DNA from: an uncultured delta proteobacterium
GTDB taxonomy: Bacteria; Desulfobacterota; Binatia; DP-6
Direction of reading: 5' to 3'
Length of the DNA stretch: 64,000 bases
Assembly: GCA_963815115.1 (NCBI GenBank)
Contig: CAWFFN010000009.1
Location: 768,001-832,000 of the forward strand
The notes under the pieces were generated by a model. The model did not search any database, had not been told where the DNA came from, and worked only from the letters and a program-made list of their open reading frames with translations. Each line of letters begins with the position of its first letter. Position 1 is the first letter of the stretch. Of this stretch, positions 55,489 to 64,000 are shown piece after piece. The position numbers and the translations under genes were made by a program.

Positions 55489-56400
55489 ATGACACGGACT
55501 GGCAAGGAGGAATCGAGCGATCGCCCGGGCGGTCGACTCGTATGGTTCGTCACCGGGGCGTCGCGCGGGTTCGGGCTGGAGATCGCCCGTCAGGCGCTGG
55601 AGCGCGGCGACGCGGTCGTCGCCACGGCACGCGATCCGGAGCGGATCGAGAAGAACCTGGCGGGAAACGCGGCGTCGCTCCTCGCCATCGCGCTCGACGT
55701 CACCGACGAGACGCAGGCGCGTGCGGCCGCGTCGCAGGCCGTCGACCGCTTCGGTCGCATCGACGTCCTCGTCAACAACGCCGGACGCGGGCTCCTCGGG
55801 GCGGTGGAAGAGGCTTCGGCCGGAGAGGTCCGCGCCGTGTTCGACACCAACGTGTTCGGGCTGCTGACCGTCACGCGCGCCGTGCTGCCGGTGATGCGCC
55901 GGCAGAAGTCCGGTCGGGTGCTGAACATCAGCTCGGTGGGCGGGTTCTCCTCCAGTGCCGGCTGGGGCGTCTATTGCGCGACCAAATTCGCGGTGGAGGG
56001 GCTGAGCGAGGCCATGCAAGCCGAGCTCGCCCCTCTCGGGATCGCGGTCACCGTCGTGGAGCCCGGAACGTTCCGCACCGACTTCCTCGACGCCAGCTCG
56101 CTCGCGCGGGTTGCGCGCCCGATCGAGGACTACGGAGCCACGGCGGGCAAGACGCGCGCCTGGGCCGACGACACCAACCACGCGCAGCTCGGCGATCCGG
56201 TCAAGGCGGCCGCGGCGATGATCGCGATCGCGACCATCGCCGATCCGCCCGTGCGGGTGCAGCTCGGCGCCGACTGCGTGGCCCGGGTCGAGGGCAAGCT
56301 CGCCACCGTCGCGCGCGAGCTCGAGCGCTGGCGAGCGCTGGCCCTGTCCACCGCGCACGACGACGTGCGAGACCCCAGGGCAGCCGGAGTGCCGATGTAG
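55489..56400 (+). CDS. Short-chain dehydrogenase/reductase
   Basis: TGASRGFG, LVNNAG, SS.GG, YCATK (YxxxK), EPG.FRT. Confidence 0.93.
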   Translation: MTRTGKEESSDRPGGRLVWFVTGASRGFGLEIARQALERGDAVVATARDPERIEKNLAGNAASLLAIALDVTDETQARAAASQAVDRFGRIDVLVNNAGRGLLGAVEEASAGEVRAVFDTNVFGLLTVTRAVLPVMRRQKSGRVLNISSVGGFSSSAGWGVYCATKFAVEGLSEAMQAELAPLGIAVTVVEPGTFRTDFLDASSLARVARPIEDYGATAGKTRAWADDTNHAQLGDPVKAAAAMIAIATIADPPVRVQLGADCVARVEGKLATVARELERWRALALSTAHDDVRDPRAAGVPM

Positions 56401-56485
56401 CTCTGGTGGGCGTCCTCGTCGGCCGTCGATCGCGGTGAGCCGGCGACGCGTCGGACGCGCCGCCGGCCCATGCGGGCTCTTCACC

Positions 56486-57781
56486 TCAGTTGTCGAGACA
56501 GCCGCAGATCACCGATTTGCCGGTCTGGAACGTCTTGCATGACTGTCCGGGAGGACAGCCGCCGCTGCAGAATCCCGCGGTGCCGAAGCCACACGCTGGC
56601 GGGGTAGTGCAGCGGCACTCCGCCCCGGTCACCTGACAGATCGTGCCCGGAGGGCAGGCGCCGCCGCAGGCGTGGCTCGCGTCGAAGCCGCACGGGTTGA
56701 GACATCCGCAGTTGTTGGCGGAGTCCGGCGCGCAGGTGCCGCCACCTGGACAGGGGCCGCCGCACTGGCCGGAGGCCGGGTCGATGGAGCACGGCGGCGG
56801 TCCGCAGACGCAGCCGTTGGTGCTGAGATGGCAGGTGCCGGGCGCCGCGCCGGTCGCCGCGCAGGAGCCGCTGCACGCGCCGGTGACCGGATCCTGGTGA
56901 CACGGCGCAGGCACGCAGGTGCACGGCTGTCCCGCGACCGTGCTCTGAACGCAGCTGTCCGCCGGATTCGGGCAGGTTCCTCCGCAGACTCCCGCCGCAT
57001 TCTGGCCGCACAGGTTCGTCGGGATGGGTCCGCACCGGCAGTTGCCTGTCGTGTCGGTCTGGCAGGTCTGGGTCGGGTCGCTGCAGGTTCCGCCGCAGCT
57101 GCCGTTCAGAGGATTGTTACCGCAGGGCGGAGGCGGCACTTGCCCGCAACCGCAGGTGGGCTTGCCGGTGGTCGAGGTGGACAGCTGGCACACCTGAGCG
57201 GGGTCGGGACAGGCGCCGCCGCACGCTCCGCCCTTGTCGGGCTGGCCGCCGCAGGGCAGGGGCTGGCAGGTGCACTGGCCGGTCGCTGCTGCCTGCTTGC
57301 AGGTTGCACCCGCCGGGCACACGCCACCGCAGCGCGGCGCCCCGGTCTCGCCACAGCGAACCGGCAGCTTCACGGCCGGGACGCAGACCTTCGTCGGCTT
57401 GTACTTCTGCTCGATGCGGACGCCGAACTGATCCGCCACCTTCTTGGCGGGCGGCACCACGCCTGCCGGACACTTGGCCAGGTAGCAGATGTAGTCCTGA
57501 CGGAGCGGCTGTCCCACGAGATTGGGCGCACCGGGCTGGGGCTGGACGTTCTGCTTCGTGGCCGGGACACAGAACTCGATCGGCTTCACCAGCCTGCAGT
57601 CGCGCTGCGAGAACTCCGGCTGCAGGTCGGCGATCATGTCGACGGCGGCGGCGATCTGCGCGCCGTCGACCATCTTGTAGCAGATGAGATGATCCGCCTT
57701 CCCGGCGGCGCACGTCACGCGCGCACCGGCGACGGCTGCGACGAGACCGACCACGATCGCGATCAGACGCCTCGGCTGCAT
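56486..57781 (-). CDS. Secreted cysteine-rich repeat protein
   Basis: Signal peptide; two [DH]xxCY…DQF/EF…CVP repeats, then eight 6-Cys repeats C-x7-9-C-(G/S)G-x-C…C…C-x-C. Confidence 0.85.
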   Translation of the reverse strand: MQPRRLIAIVVGLVAAVAGARVTCAAGKADHLICYKMVDGAQIAAAVDMIADLQPEFSQRDCRLVKPIEFCVPATKQNVQPQPGAPNLVGQPLRQDYICYLAKCPAGVVPPAKKVADQFGVRIEQKYKPTKVCVPAVKLPVRCGETGAPRCGGVCPAGATCKQAAATGQCTCQPLPCGGQPDKGGACGGACPDPAQVCQLSTSTTGKPTCGCGQVPPPPCGNNPLNGSCGGTCSDPTQTCQTDTTGNCRCGPIPTNLCGQNAAGVCGGTCPNPADSCVQSTVAGQPCTCVPAPCHQDPVTGACSGSCAATGAAPGTCHLSTNGCVCGPPPCSIDPASGQCGGPCPGGGTCAPDSANNCGCLNPCGFDASHACGGACPPGTICQVTGAECRCTTPPACGFGTAGFCSGGCPPGQSCKTFQTGKSVICGCLDN

Positions 57782-58080
57782 GATGCTCTCCTCTCTCAGG
57801 TCGGATACCGACCTTCCATGGCGGCGCATCGGAGCCGGACGGTCCCTGCGAGCCCGGTTCCGGCCGCAGTGTCACGCCCCCGTACCACGGTCTGGCTAGA
57901 TCTGCCAGGACTTTCTCATGATTGCCTAGTTGCTTGCTTCCATGGCTCGGGAGGCCTCGGCGAGTGGCAGGGAGCGGCAACAAACGGCTGGCAGATGGAG
58001 GACTGGCGTTGACACGTGAAGGCGGTGACGGGTAAGGCTCGACGCGCCATCCTCCGACCGCGCTTCCGGAGACCCATCCC

Positions 58081-59409
58081 ATGCACGTCCGACTCGCCAT
58101 CGCCGTCCTGCTGCTCCTCCCTCATCTGGCTGCCGCGGAGGGGCTGACCGTCCTCACGGTCGACAAGGTCGCGGTCTTCAAGGACGGACGGGGAACGGTC
58201 CGGGTCGGGCGCGACCCTCGGCTCGCCAGCCCGGCCCCGCCGACCTGCCCGACCACGTCCCGGATCGAGCTGTCGTCCTATCCCGAGGCCACCCAGCGCG
58301 TCCTCGTGACGACGAAGGTGGAGCTCGACTGCGCCAAGTGGAAGAAGAAGGCGGCCGGCTTCGTCTACGACGATCCGGCGGCGAACGGTGGCGTGCGCGC
58401 GATCCGGTACGGCCGCAAGGGCCTGGTGATCCGCTTCGAGGGGAGCCAGCCGACGGGACCGGTGGGCTACCTGCAGGCCTGGCTGACCGTCGGGTCCACC
58501 CGCTTCAACGCCCGCTTCCACAACTTCGCGCGTAACGAGGCCGGAGCGCTCGTCACCCGCAAGCCGTCCCGGGCAGCGGCGACGGGCGAGAGGGCCTTCT
58601 GGGCGGTCCTGCACCGCGACTGGTCCACGTCGGCGCAGAAGGCCGATCTGGAGGCCAGCGCGCTCGAGCTCCTCACGCGCGCGGCGAAGCGCGACAAGCG
58701 GGACGGCTGGTCACGCTTCCTCCTCGCCATGACCCATCTGTATCGCTTCGCGCAGGCGACCGAACGCTACGATCGGACCAGCGACTTCGCGCGCGGCGAG
58801 ATCGAGGCCGCGCACGCGTCGTTCCAGGATGCCCTGCCGCTGGTGTGGAACGGCACCGTGGGGGATTCTCGCGTGCCCGGCTTCGCCGCCGGCGCCACCT
58901 TCGTCCTGGGCGTCGTGCGCGGCGACCCGGCGCTCCAGGCGCAGGGGCTGGCCGAGCTCGACGCCGCCTTCCGGCTGAACCCGTTCTTCAACGTGTTCGA
59001 CTACATCCCGGTGGCACAGGCGCTGCCGGCATTGGATCCACGCTTCCAGGGAGTCTTCGACAAGGTGAGCGGCTACCTGAGCGATCCGGGTACGCTCCAG
59101 TGCGTCGTCACCCAGCCGGAGATCTGCAACGACGTCGGCTATGCGCCGCGCAACACGCCGGGGTCGCTGGCGCTCTTCGGCGACGTCGACGCCAAGGGCG
59201 GCGACGTCGACGGCGCGGAGATGTGGTACGGTCTCGCGCTCGCGCTCGCGCGGGGCGGCAGCCCGCCCTATCCCTTCCTTCCGGCGCTCGAGCTGCGGAC
59301 CACGACTGTGGCGGAGCGCATCGCGCTCTTCCGCGACGCCGATCCCGGCAACGATCCGACCGTCATCGGCACCGGCTCCGAGGCCTGTGCCGCCTGCCAC
59401 AATCGCTGA
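58081..59409 (+). CDS. Secreted hypothetical protein with a C-terminal CxxCH (putative mono-heme c)
   Basis: Signal peptide; beta-rich N-domain; helical TPR-like body; ends CAACHNR. Confidence 0.75.
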   Translation: MHVRLAIAVLLLLPHLAAAEGLTVLTVDKVAVFKDGRGTVRVGRDPRLASPAPPTCPTTSRIELSSYPEATQRVLVTTKVELDCAKWKKKAAGFVYDDPAANGGVRAIRYGRKGLVIRFEGSQPTGPVGYLQAWLTVGSTRFNARFHNFARNEAGALVTRKPSRAAATGERAFWAVLHRDWSTSAQKADLEASALELLTRAAKRDKRDGWSRFLLAMTHLYRFAQATERYDRTSDFARGEIEAAHASFQDALPLVWNGTVGDSRVPGFAAGATFVLGVVRGDPALQAQGLAELDAAFRLNPFFNVFDYIPVAQALPALDPRFQGVFDKVSGYLSDPGTLQCVVTQPEICNDVGYAPRNTPGSLALFGDVDAKGGDVDGAEMWYGLALALARGGSPPYPFLPALELRTTTVAERIALFRDADPGNDPTVIGTGSEACAACHNR

Positions 59410-59500
59410 CGCCCGGCCGCCCGCGCGCCACGCTCCCGGCACTCCCGCTGGCACCCCCACGTGCCTTGAACGGGCTCGCCGGCTGGGGTCTGCTCGGCGC

Positions 59501-60922
59501 GTGACCGCCGCGGCGCTGCACTGGTTCACCAGCGATCTCAGGGTGCACGACAACGCCGCGCTCGCCGAGGCCGGCCGTGCGGGGACCGTCGCCGGCGTCT
59601 TCGTGCTCAACCCCGCGCTGCTCGAGCGTCACGCGCGAGCGCCCCGGCGGATCGCGTTCATGTACGCCTGTCTGCACGCGCTCGACGCCGGCCTGCGCGC
59701 GCTGGGCTCGCGGCTGGTCGTCGTCGAGGGCGATCCGGTCTTCGAGCTGCCACGGCTGGCCGCGACCCTCGGGGCCGGCATGGTCAGCCACGCGCACAAT
59801 CACGAGCCGGCGGCGCGAGCGCGCGAGGCGCGCGTCGCGCGGGCGCTCGAGCGTGACGGGGTGGACGTGCGCGCAGCCGAGGCGGCTCTCGTGCAGCCGC
59901 CCGGGACCCTCACCACCGGCGGCGGAGGCGCCTATCAGGTGTTCAGCGCGTACGCCCGCGTCTGGGAAGGAGTCGACGCGCCGGCAGCGGTGCCCGTGCC
60001 GCGCCAGTGGGCGGCGGCGTCGGCCCTGCGCGGCGTCGGCGCCGGCGTGCCCGAGGTGCCGGCCGGCTTCGAGCTGCCGCCGTCGGGGGAGGACGCCGCC
60101 CGCAAGCGCCTCGACGCCTTCCTGCGCGACCGGGTCCGGCGCTATCCCGAGACGCGCGATCTCCCGGGGCTCGACGCCACCTCGCGCCTCTCGCCCCACC
60201 TGCGCTGGGGTACCATCTCGGGCGCCGAGGCGGTTCGCCGGGCGCGCGCCGCCGCTCTGCGCGATCCGGCGCTGCGCGAGGGAGTCCGCGTGTGGACGCG
60301 CCAGCTCGCCTGGCGCGACTTCTATGCCCAGCTCCTGGCCGCGCACCCGTCGATGGCGCGCGAGCCGCTGCGGCCGATGCGTGTCCGCTGGCGCCGCGAC
60401 GAGCGGGCCTTCCGGCGCTGGCAGGAGGGGCTCACCGGTGTTCCACTGGTCGACGCCGGCATGCGCGAGCTGCGTGCGACGGGCTTCATGCACAACCGTC
60501 CCCGCATGATCGTCGGCTCCTACCTCACCAAGCACCTCCTCCTCGACTGGCGCCTCGGGGAGGCGCACTTCATGGCCGAGCTGATCGACGGCCAGCTGTC
60601 GCAGAACAACGGCAACTGGCAGTGGGTCGCCGGGACGGGCGCCGATGCGCAGCCGTTCCATCGCATCTTCTCGCCGCTCCGTCAGGGCGAGCGCTTCGAC
60701 CCCGAGGGAACCTACGTGAAGCGGTGGCTCCCGGAGCTGTCGAAGGTTCCTCCCAAGCTGATCCAGCAGCCGTGGGCGCTGGCGCCGATGGAGCGCCGCA
60801 TGCTGTGTCCCGACTATCCGCCGCCGCTGGTCGATCTCGACGCGGGGCGCGCGCGTGCACTGGCGGCGTTCGAGGACGCGCGCAGCCGGGCTGCGGGCTC
60901 GCGGCCCGGGCGGCGATCCTGA
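59501..60922 (+). CDS. phrB: Deoxyribodipyrimidine photolyase (class I CPD)
   Basis: WF..DLR.HDN.AL, TSRLSPHL.WG, L.WRDFY, G.TG.PLVDAGMREL..TGFMHNR.RM, NNGNWQW.A, FDP.G.YVKRWLPEL. Confidence 0.95.
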   Translation: MTAAALHWFTSDLRVHDNAALAEAGRAGTVAGVFVLNPALLERHARAPRRIAFMYACLHALDAGLRALGSRLVVVEGDPVFELPRLAATLGAGMVSHAHNHEPAARAREARVARALERDGVDVRAAEAALVQPPGTLTTGGGGAYQVFSAYARVWEGVDAPAAVPVPRQWAAASALRGVGAGVPEVPAGFELPPSGEDAARKRLDAFLRDRVRRYPETRDLPGLDATSRLSPHLRWGTISGAEAVRRARAAALRDPALREGVRVWTRQLAWRDFYAQLLAAHPSMAREPLRPMRVRWRRDERAFRRWQEGLTGVPLVDAGMRELRATGFMHNRPRMIVGSYLTKHLLLDWRLGEAHFMAELIDGQLSQNNGNWQWVAGTGADAQPFHRIFSPLRQGERFDPEGTYVKRWLPELSKVPPKLIQQPWALAPMERRMLCPDYPPPLVDLDAGRARALAAFEDARSRAAGSRPGRRS

Positions 60923-60988
60923 TCGTGTGACGCGACGACGCCGCCGCATTGTGGCGTCGCGTGCGCGACTGGGCTACGACCGTCACGC

Positions 60989-61543
60989 ATGGGACAGGTC
61001 TACGACGCCATCGACGATCGGACGGCGGCCTTCATCGCCGCGCAGCGCGTGTATTTCGTCGCCACCGCGCCACTGGCCGCGGACGGTCACGTGAACCTGT
61101 CGCCCAAGGGCCTCGACACCTTCGCCGTGCTCGATCCCCACACGGTGGCCTACCTCGATCTCACCGGCAGCGGCGTCGAGACCATCGCGCACCTGCGCGA
61201 GAACGGCCGCATCACCATCTGCTTCGCCGCCTTCGAGGGGCCGCCCAAGATCGTCCGCCTCTACGGCCGTGGTACCGTCATCGCCGCGGGCGATGCCGAG
61301 TTCGCGGCGCTCGCAGCGCGCTTCCCCGCGTACATCGGTGCGCGGTCGGTGATCCGCGTGACCGTCGAGCGCGTCGCCGACTCGTGCGGCTACGCCGTCC
61401 CGGAGTACGCCTTCGTGCGAGAGCGCCAGCAGCTGGTGCAGTGGGCGGAGCGCAAGGGGCTCGATGGCGTGCGCACGTACCAGGACGAGCGCAACGGCGC
61501 CAGCATCGACGGACTGCCCGGGCTGCATGGCTCCCGCGGGTGA
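60989..61543 (+). CDS. Pyridoxamine 5'-phosphate oxidase-like FMN-binding protein
   Basis: FVATAPL...GHVNLSPKG, YLDLTGSG.ETIAHLRENGRIT..F.AF.G.P.I.RLYG, SCGYAVP. Confidence 0.9.
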   Translation: MGQVYDAIDDRTAAFIAAQRVYFVATAPLAADGHVNLSPKGLDTFAVLDPHTVAYLDLTGSGVETIAHLRENGRITICFAAFEGPPKIVRLYGRGTVIAAGDAEFAALAARFPAYIGARSVIRVTVERVADSCGYAVPEYAFVRERQQLVQWAERKGLDGVRTYQDERNGASIDGLPGLHGSRG

Positions 61544-61580
61544 GCGCACGCGGAGCGTCCCGACGCGCGCGGGGTGCGCG

Positions 61581-63041
61581 ATGAGTGCTCTCGTCATCGC
61601 GCTGATCGTGAACGTTGCGCAGGCCGCGACCGGGTCGGGCATCCGGACATACGTCGGGCTGCGCGGTAGGGATGAGACTTCGCTGCGCGCGCTGCTCGCG
61701 TCGCAGCAGGATCCGACCAGCCCGGACTACCGCCGCTGGCTCGGCGCGCAGGAGTTCGGACGTCGCTTCGGCGCGGCCCCGAGCGATCTGAGGCGTGTGG
61801 AGCGATGGCTCCGCGGAGAGGGCTGCCGCATCAAGCGGACGGCCGGACGACAGCAGGTCGAGTGCGTGGGGGTCCGCCCCGGCGCGCCGCCGCCGGCGGT
61901 CGCGTCCCTGGTCGAAGACGTGATCGACCTCCAGGCGCCGGCGCAGATCCGGCACCACCTCGATGCCTCGAGGCTGCAGCCGGAGGGCGTCCTGCCGGAT
62001 GGAGAGCCCTACTTGACGCCGCAGGACTACGCAGGATTCTACGGCTTCGCCGGCCTGCACGCGTCCGGGATCGACGGTACGGGGCAGCGCATCGGCATCG
62101 TGGCCACGGTGTCGGTCGATCCCGCCGACATCGCTGCGTTCCGGACCTTCTACGACCTGCCGCCGCTCGAGCTCGAGCAGGTCGGCACGCCCGGCAACGA
62201 CGTCGGTGACGACGATCTCATCGAGGTGACGCTGGACGTCACCTGGTCCGGGGCGGTGGCGCCCGGTGCTGCGGTGGTGGTCGCGATCAGCCAGGGCACC
62301 CTGGTCGACGCGATCTCATACCTCGTGAATCGTGACGACGTGTCCGTGCTCAGCCTCTCGGAGGTGCTCCTGCCCACGAGCAGGAACCGGCCGCTCATCC
62401 GGCAGTCGCTGAAGCTGTTCAAGCAGGCCGCCGCCCAGGGGAAGACGGTGCTCGTCGCCTCGGGCGACTTCGGTCCGCTGGTGGTCACCAGGCCGAAGCC
62501 CAGGCGCGGGGTCGACCAGTTCGCCCAGTCGCCCTTCGTGACCGCCGTCGGCGGCACCGCGCCCTCCACCTCGACGCCGCTGGATGTCTTCGCCTACGGC
62601 AGCGAGGTCGTCTGGCAGGCCGGCACCATGGCGAGCGGCGGCGGCAGGAGCACGCTGCCGCGTCCGAGCTGGCAGAGGGGCCTCAAGAGCACCCGGCGCA
62701 CGGTGCCGGACGTCGCGCTCGCGGCGTCCGCCGTCTACCCCATCGCCCACGACGGGGCGATCACGTGCTGCATCTCGGGTACCAGCGCCTCGGCGCCGGC
62801 GTGGGCCGGCCTGGTCGCGATGCTCGATCAGCAGAAGGGCTCGCGGGTCGGTCTCCTCAACCCCGAGCTGTACGAGCTGGGAAACGCCCAGGCACAGGGC
62901 GGTGCGGCGGTCTTCTTCGACATCGTGGAGGGCTCCAACACGACGACGCAGGCGAGGGGATTCCCGGCCAAGCCCGGATACGACCTCGCGACGGGCTGGG
63001 GCTCGCCGAACGTCCCGGCGCTGTTCGCGGGGTTTCGGTAA
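61581..63041 (+). CDS. S53 sedolisin/kumamolisin-family serine peptidase
   Basis: Pro-domain (DP.SP.Y..WL...EF..RFG); catalytic EVTLD, SGD.G, GTSASAP.WAG; C-terminal GYDLATGWGSP. Confidence 0.9.
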   Translation: MSALVIALIVNVAQAATGSGIRTYVGLRGRDETSLRALLASQQDPTSPDYRRWLGAQEFGRRFGAAPSDLRRVERWLRGEGCRIKRTAGRQQVECVGVRPGAPPPAVASLVEDVIDLQAPAQIRHHLDASRLQPEGVLPDGEPYLTPQDYAGFYGFAGLHASGIDGTGQRIGIVATVSVDPADIAAFRTFYDLPPLELEQVGTPGNDVGDDDLIEVTLDVTWSGAVAPGAAVVVAISQGTLVDAISYLVNRDDVSVLSLSEVLLPTSRNRPLIRQSLKLFKQAAAQGKTVLVASGDFGPLVVTRPKPRRGVDQFAQSPFVTAVGGTAPSTSTPLDVFAYGSEVVWQAGTMASGGGRSTLPRPSWQRGLKSTRRTVPDVALAASAVYPIAHDGAITCCISGTSASAPAWAGLVAMLDQQKGSRVGLLNPELYELGNAQAQGGAAVFFDIVEGSNTTTQARGFPAKPGYDLATGWGSPNVPALFAGFR

Positions 63042-63048
63042 CGGTGCG

Positions 63049-63705
63049 ATGACGCCCGCCCCGGATCCTCCCGAGGTCGTCCCCGCCGACGTCCTCGGCT
63101 ACTGGTTCCGCGAGCAACCCCCCGACGCCGCCGCGGCGATGCCCGAGATGCGACGCTGGTTCCAGAGCGGTCCGGAGGTCGACCAGGAGATCATCGCCCG
63201 CTTCGCCCCGGCGGTCGAGGCAGCGGTCGCCGGTGGTCTCGCCACCTGGGAAGCGGACCCGAGGCATCGCCTGGCGCTCGTCATCGTGCTCGATCAGTTC
63301 ACGCGCAGCGTCTATCGCAACGATCCCCGCACGTACGCGGGTGACGCCCGCGCGCAGCGCCTCACCGTCGACGCCCTCGAGCGCGGGCTCGATCGCCCGC
63401 TCTCCTTCTGGGAGCGCCTGTTCCTCGGCATGCCGCTCCGGCACGCCGAGGACGTCGCCCTGCAGCGCCGCGGGCTGGAGGAGGCCAGGCGCATGGCCCG
63501 GGAGTGGCCCGCCTTCGAGCCCATCGTCGCCATGGCCGTCGAGCAGTCCGAGAAGTACCTCGGGATCGTGACGCGCTTCGGCCGCTTCCCCCACCGCAAC
63601 GAGATCCTCGGACGGGTCTCGACTCCGGAGGAGGAAGCGTTTCTCGTCGACTGGACCGAGCAGCAGCCGCCGCGGGCAATGGCCCCGAACCGCTGGACGC
63701 GCTGA
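63049..63705 (+). CDS. DUF924-family protein
   Basis: VL.YWF, WF.....D..I..RF, LA..IVLDQF.R..YR, MPL.HAE, RFGRFPHRN.ILGR.ST.EE..FL. Confidence 0.92.
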   Translation: MTPAPDPPEVVPADVLGYWFREQPPDAAAAMPEMRRWFQSGPEVDQEIIARFAPAVEAAVAGGLATWEADPRHRLALVIVLDQFTRSVYRNDPRTYAGDARAQRLTVDALERGLDRPLSFWERLFLGMPLRHAEDVALQRRGLEEARRMAREWPAFEPIVAMAVEQSEKYLGIVTRFGRFPHRNEILGRVSTPEEEAFLVDWTEQQPPRAMAPNRWTR

Positions 63706-64000
63706 TTCACCTCGGACCAGCCTCTACCGGTTGAGGCGTCGGGACGCCGCCCCGGCGCTGGCCGCGATCTGCGCTCGCTTCCAGGACGGGAGTCCATTCG
63801 CCGATCTGGAGGACGCGCGTCGCCTGCTCGCCGAGGGCTGAGACGGATTGACGCTCGAACCGCGGGCAGTGTACCGTTTTCCAGCGTGCGAGCAGGGCTG
63901 ATCGACGTGCGTCCGCGCGGCAGCTCACGGGGCCGGTATCCAGGACCGCTCCGCGCACGTCTCGCGTCGAGATCGCAATGAGTGGTTCGTGGCAGAGCCG

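Noticed and set aside
1-64000. Many long overlapping or antisense ORFs in the ORF track (for example 4004-6295+, 21324-23891-, 28602-31133-, 37013-39634+)
   Set aside because: These are shadow frames expected at about 70% GC. They are Arg/Ala/Gly-rich, lack motifs and lie opposite or out of frame to clearly recognisable genes.
63707-64000. Minus-strand ORF at the window end
   Set aside because: No recognisable motifs and truncated context, so it cannot be supported as a gene.

Overview
High-GC (about 70%) bacterial chromosomal window. The gene repertoire (DUF1302/DUF1329, MMPL, SCP2-type thiolase with DUF35, many Cys-rich secreted proteins, alpha2-type GlyRS) suggests a Binatia/Deltaproteobacteria-like organism; this is inference. 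It holds about 60 CDSs, mostly metabolic, envelope and efflux genes, and I see no rRNA, tRNA, CRISPR array, integrase or transposase. Notable features: (1) a sulfatase-FGE-DUF3300/DUF2950-MoxR/DUF58/BatA/BatD locus (8-17 kb) whose sulfatase/Bat half is broken by deletions, frameshifts and two inserted genes; (2) a PLP aminotransferase fused to a truncated MurF-like ATPase domain; (3) an MMPL/RND transporter with a C-terminal cNMP-binding domain; (4) two unnamed extracellular modules shared between unrelated secreted proteins; (5) a 255-bp nested-palindrome REPIN/MITE-like element in a histidine kinase 3' end; (6) a perfectly symmetric bidirectional -10 promoter; (7) a thiolase-fold enzyme with Cys-to-Ser at the nucleophile position. 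All family calls come from motif recognition by eye, not database searches.
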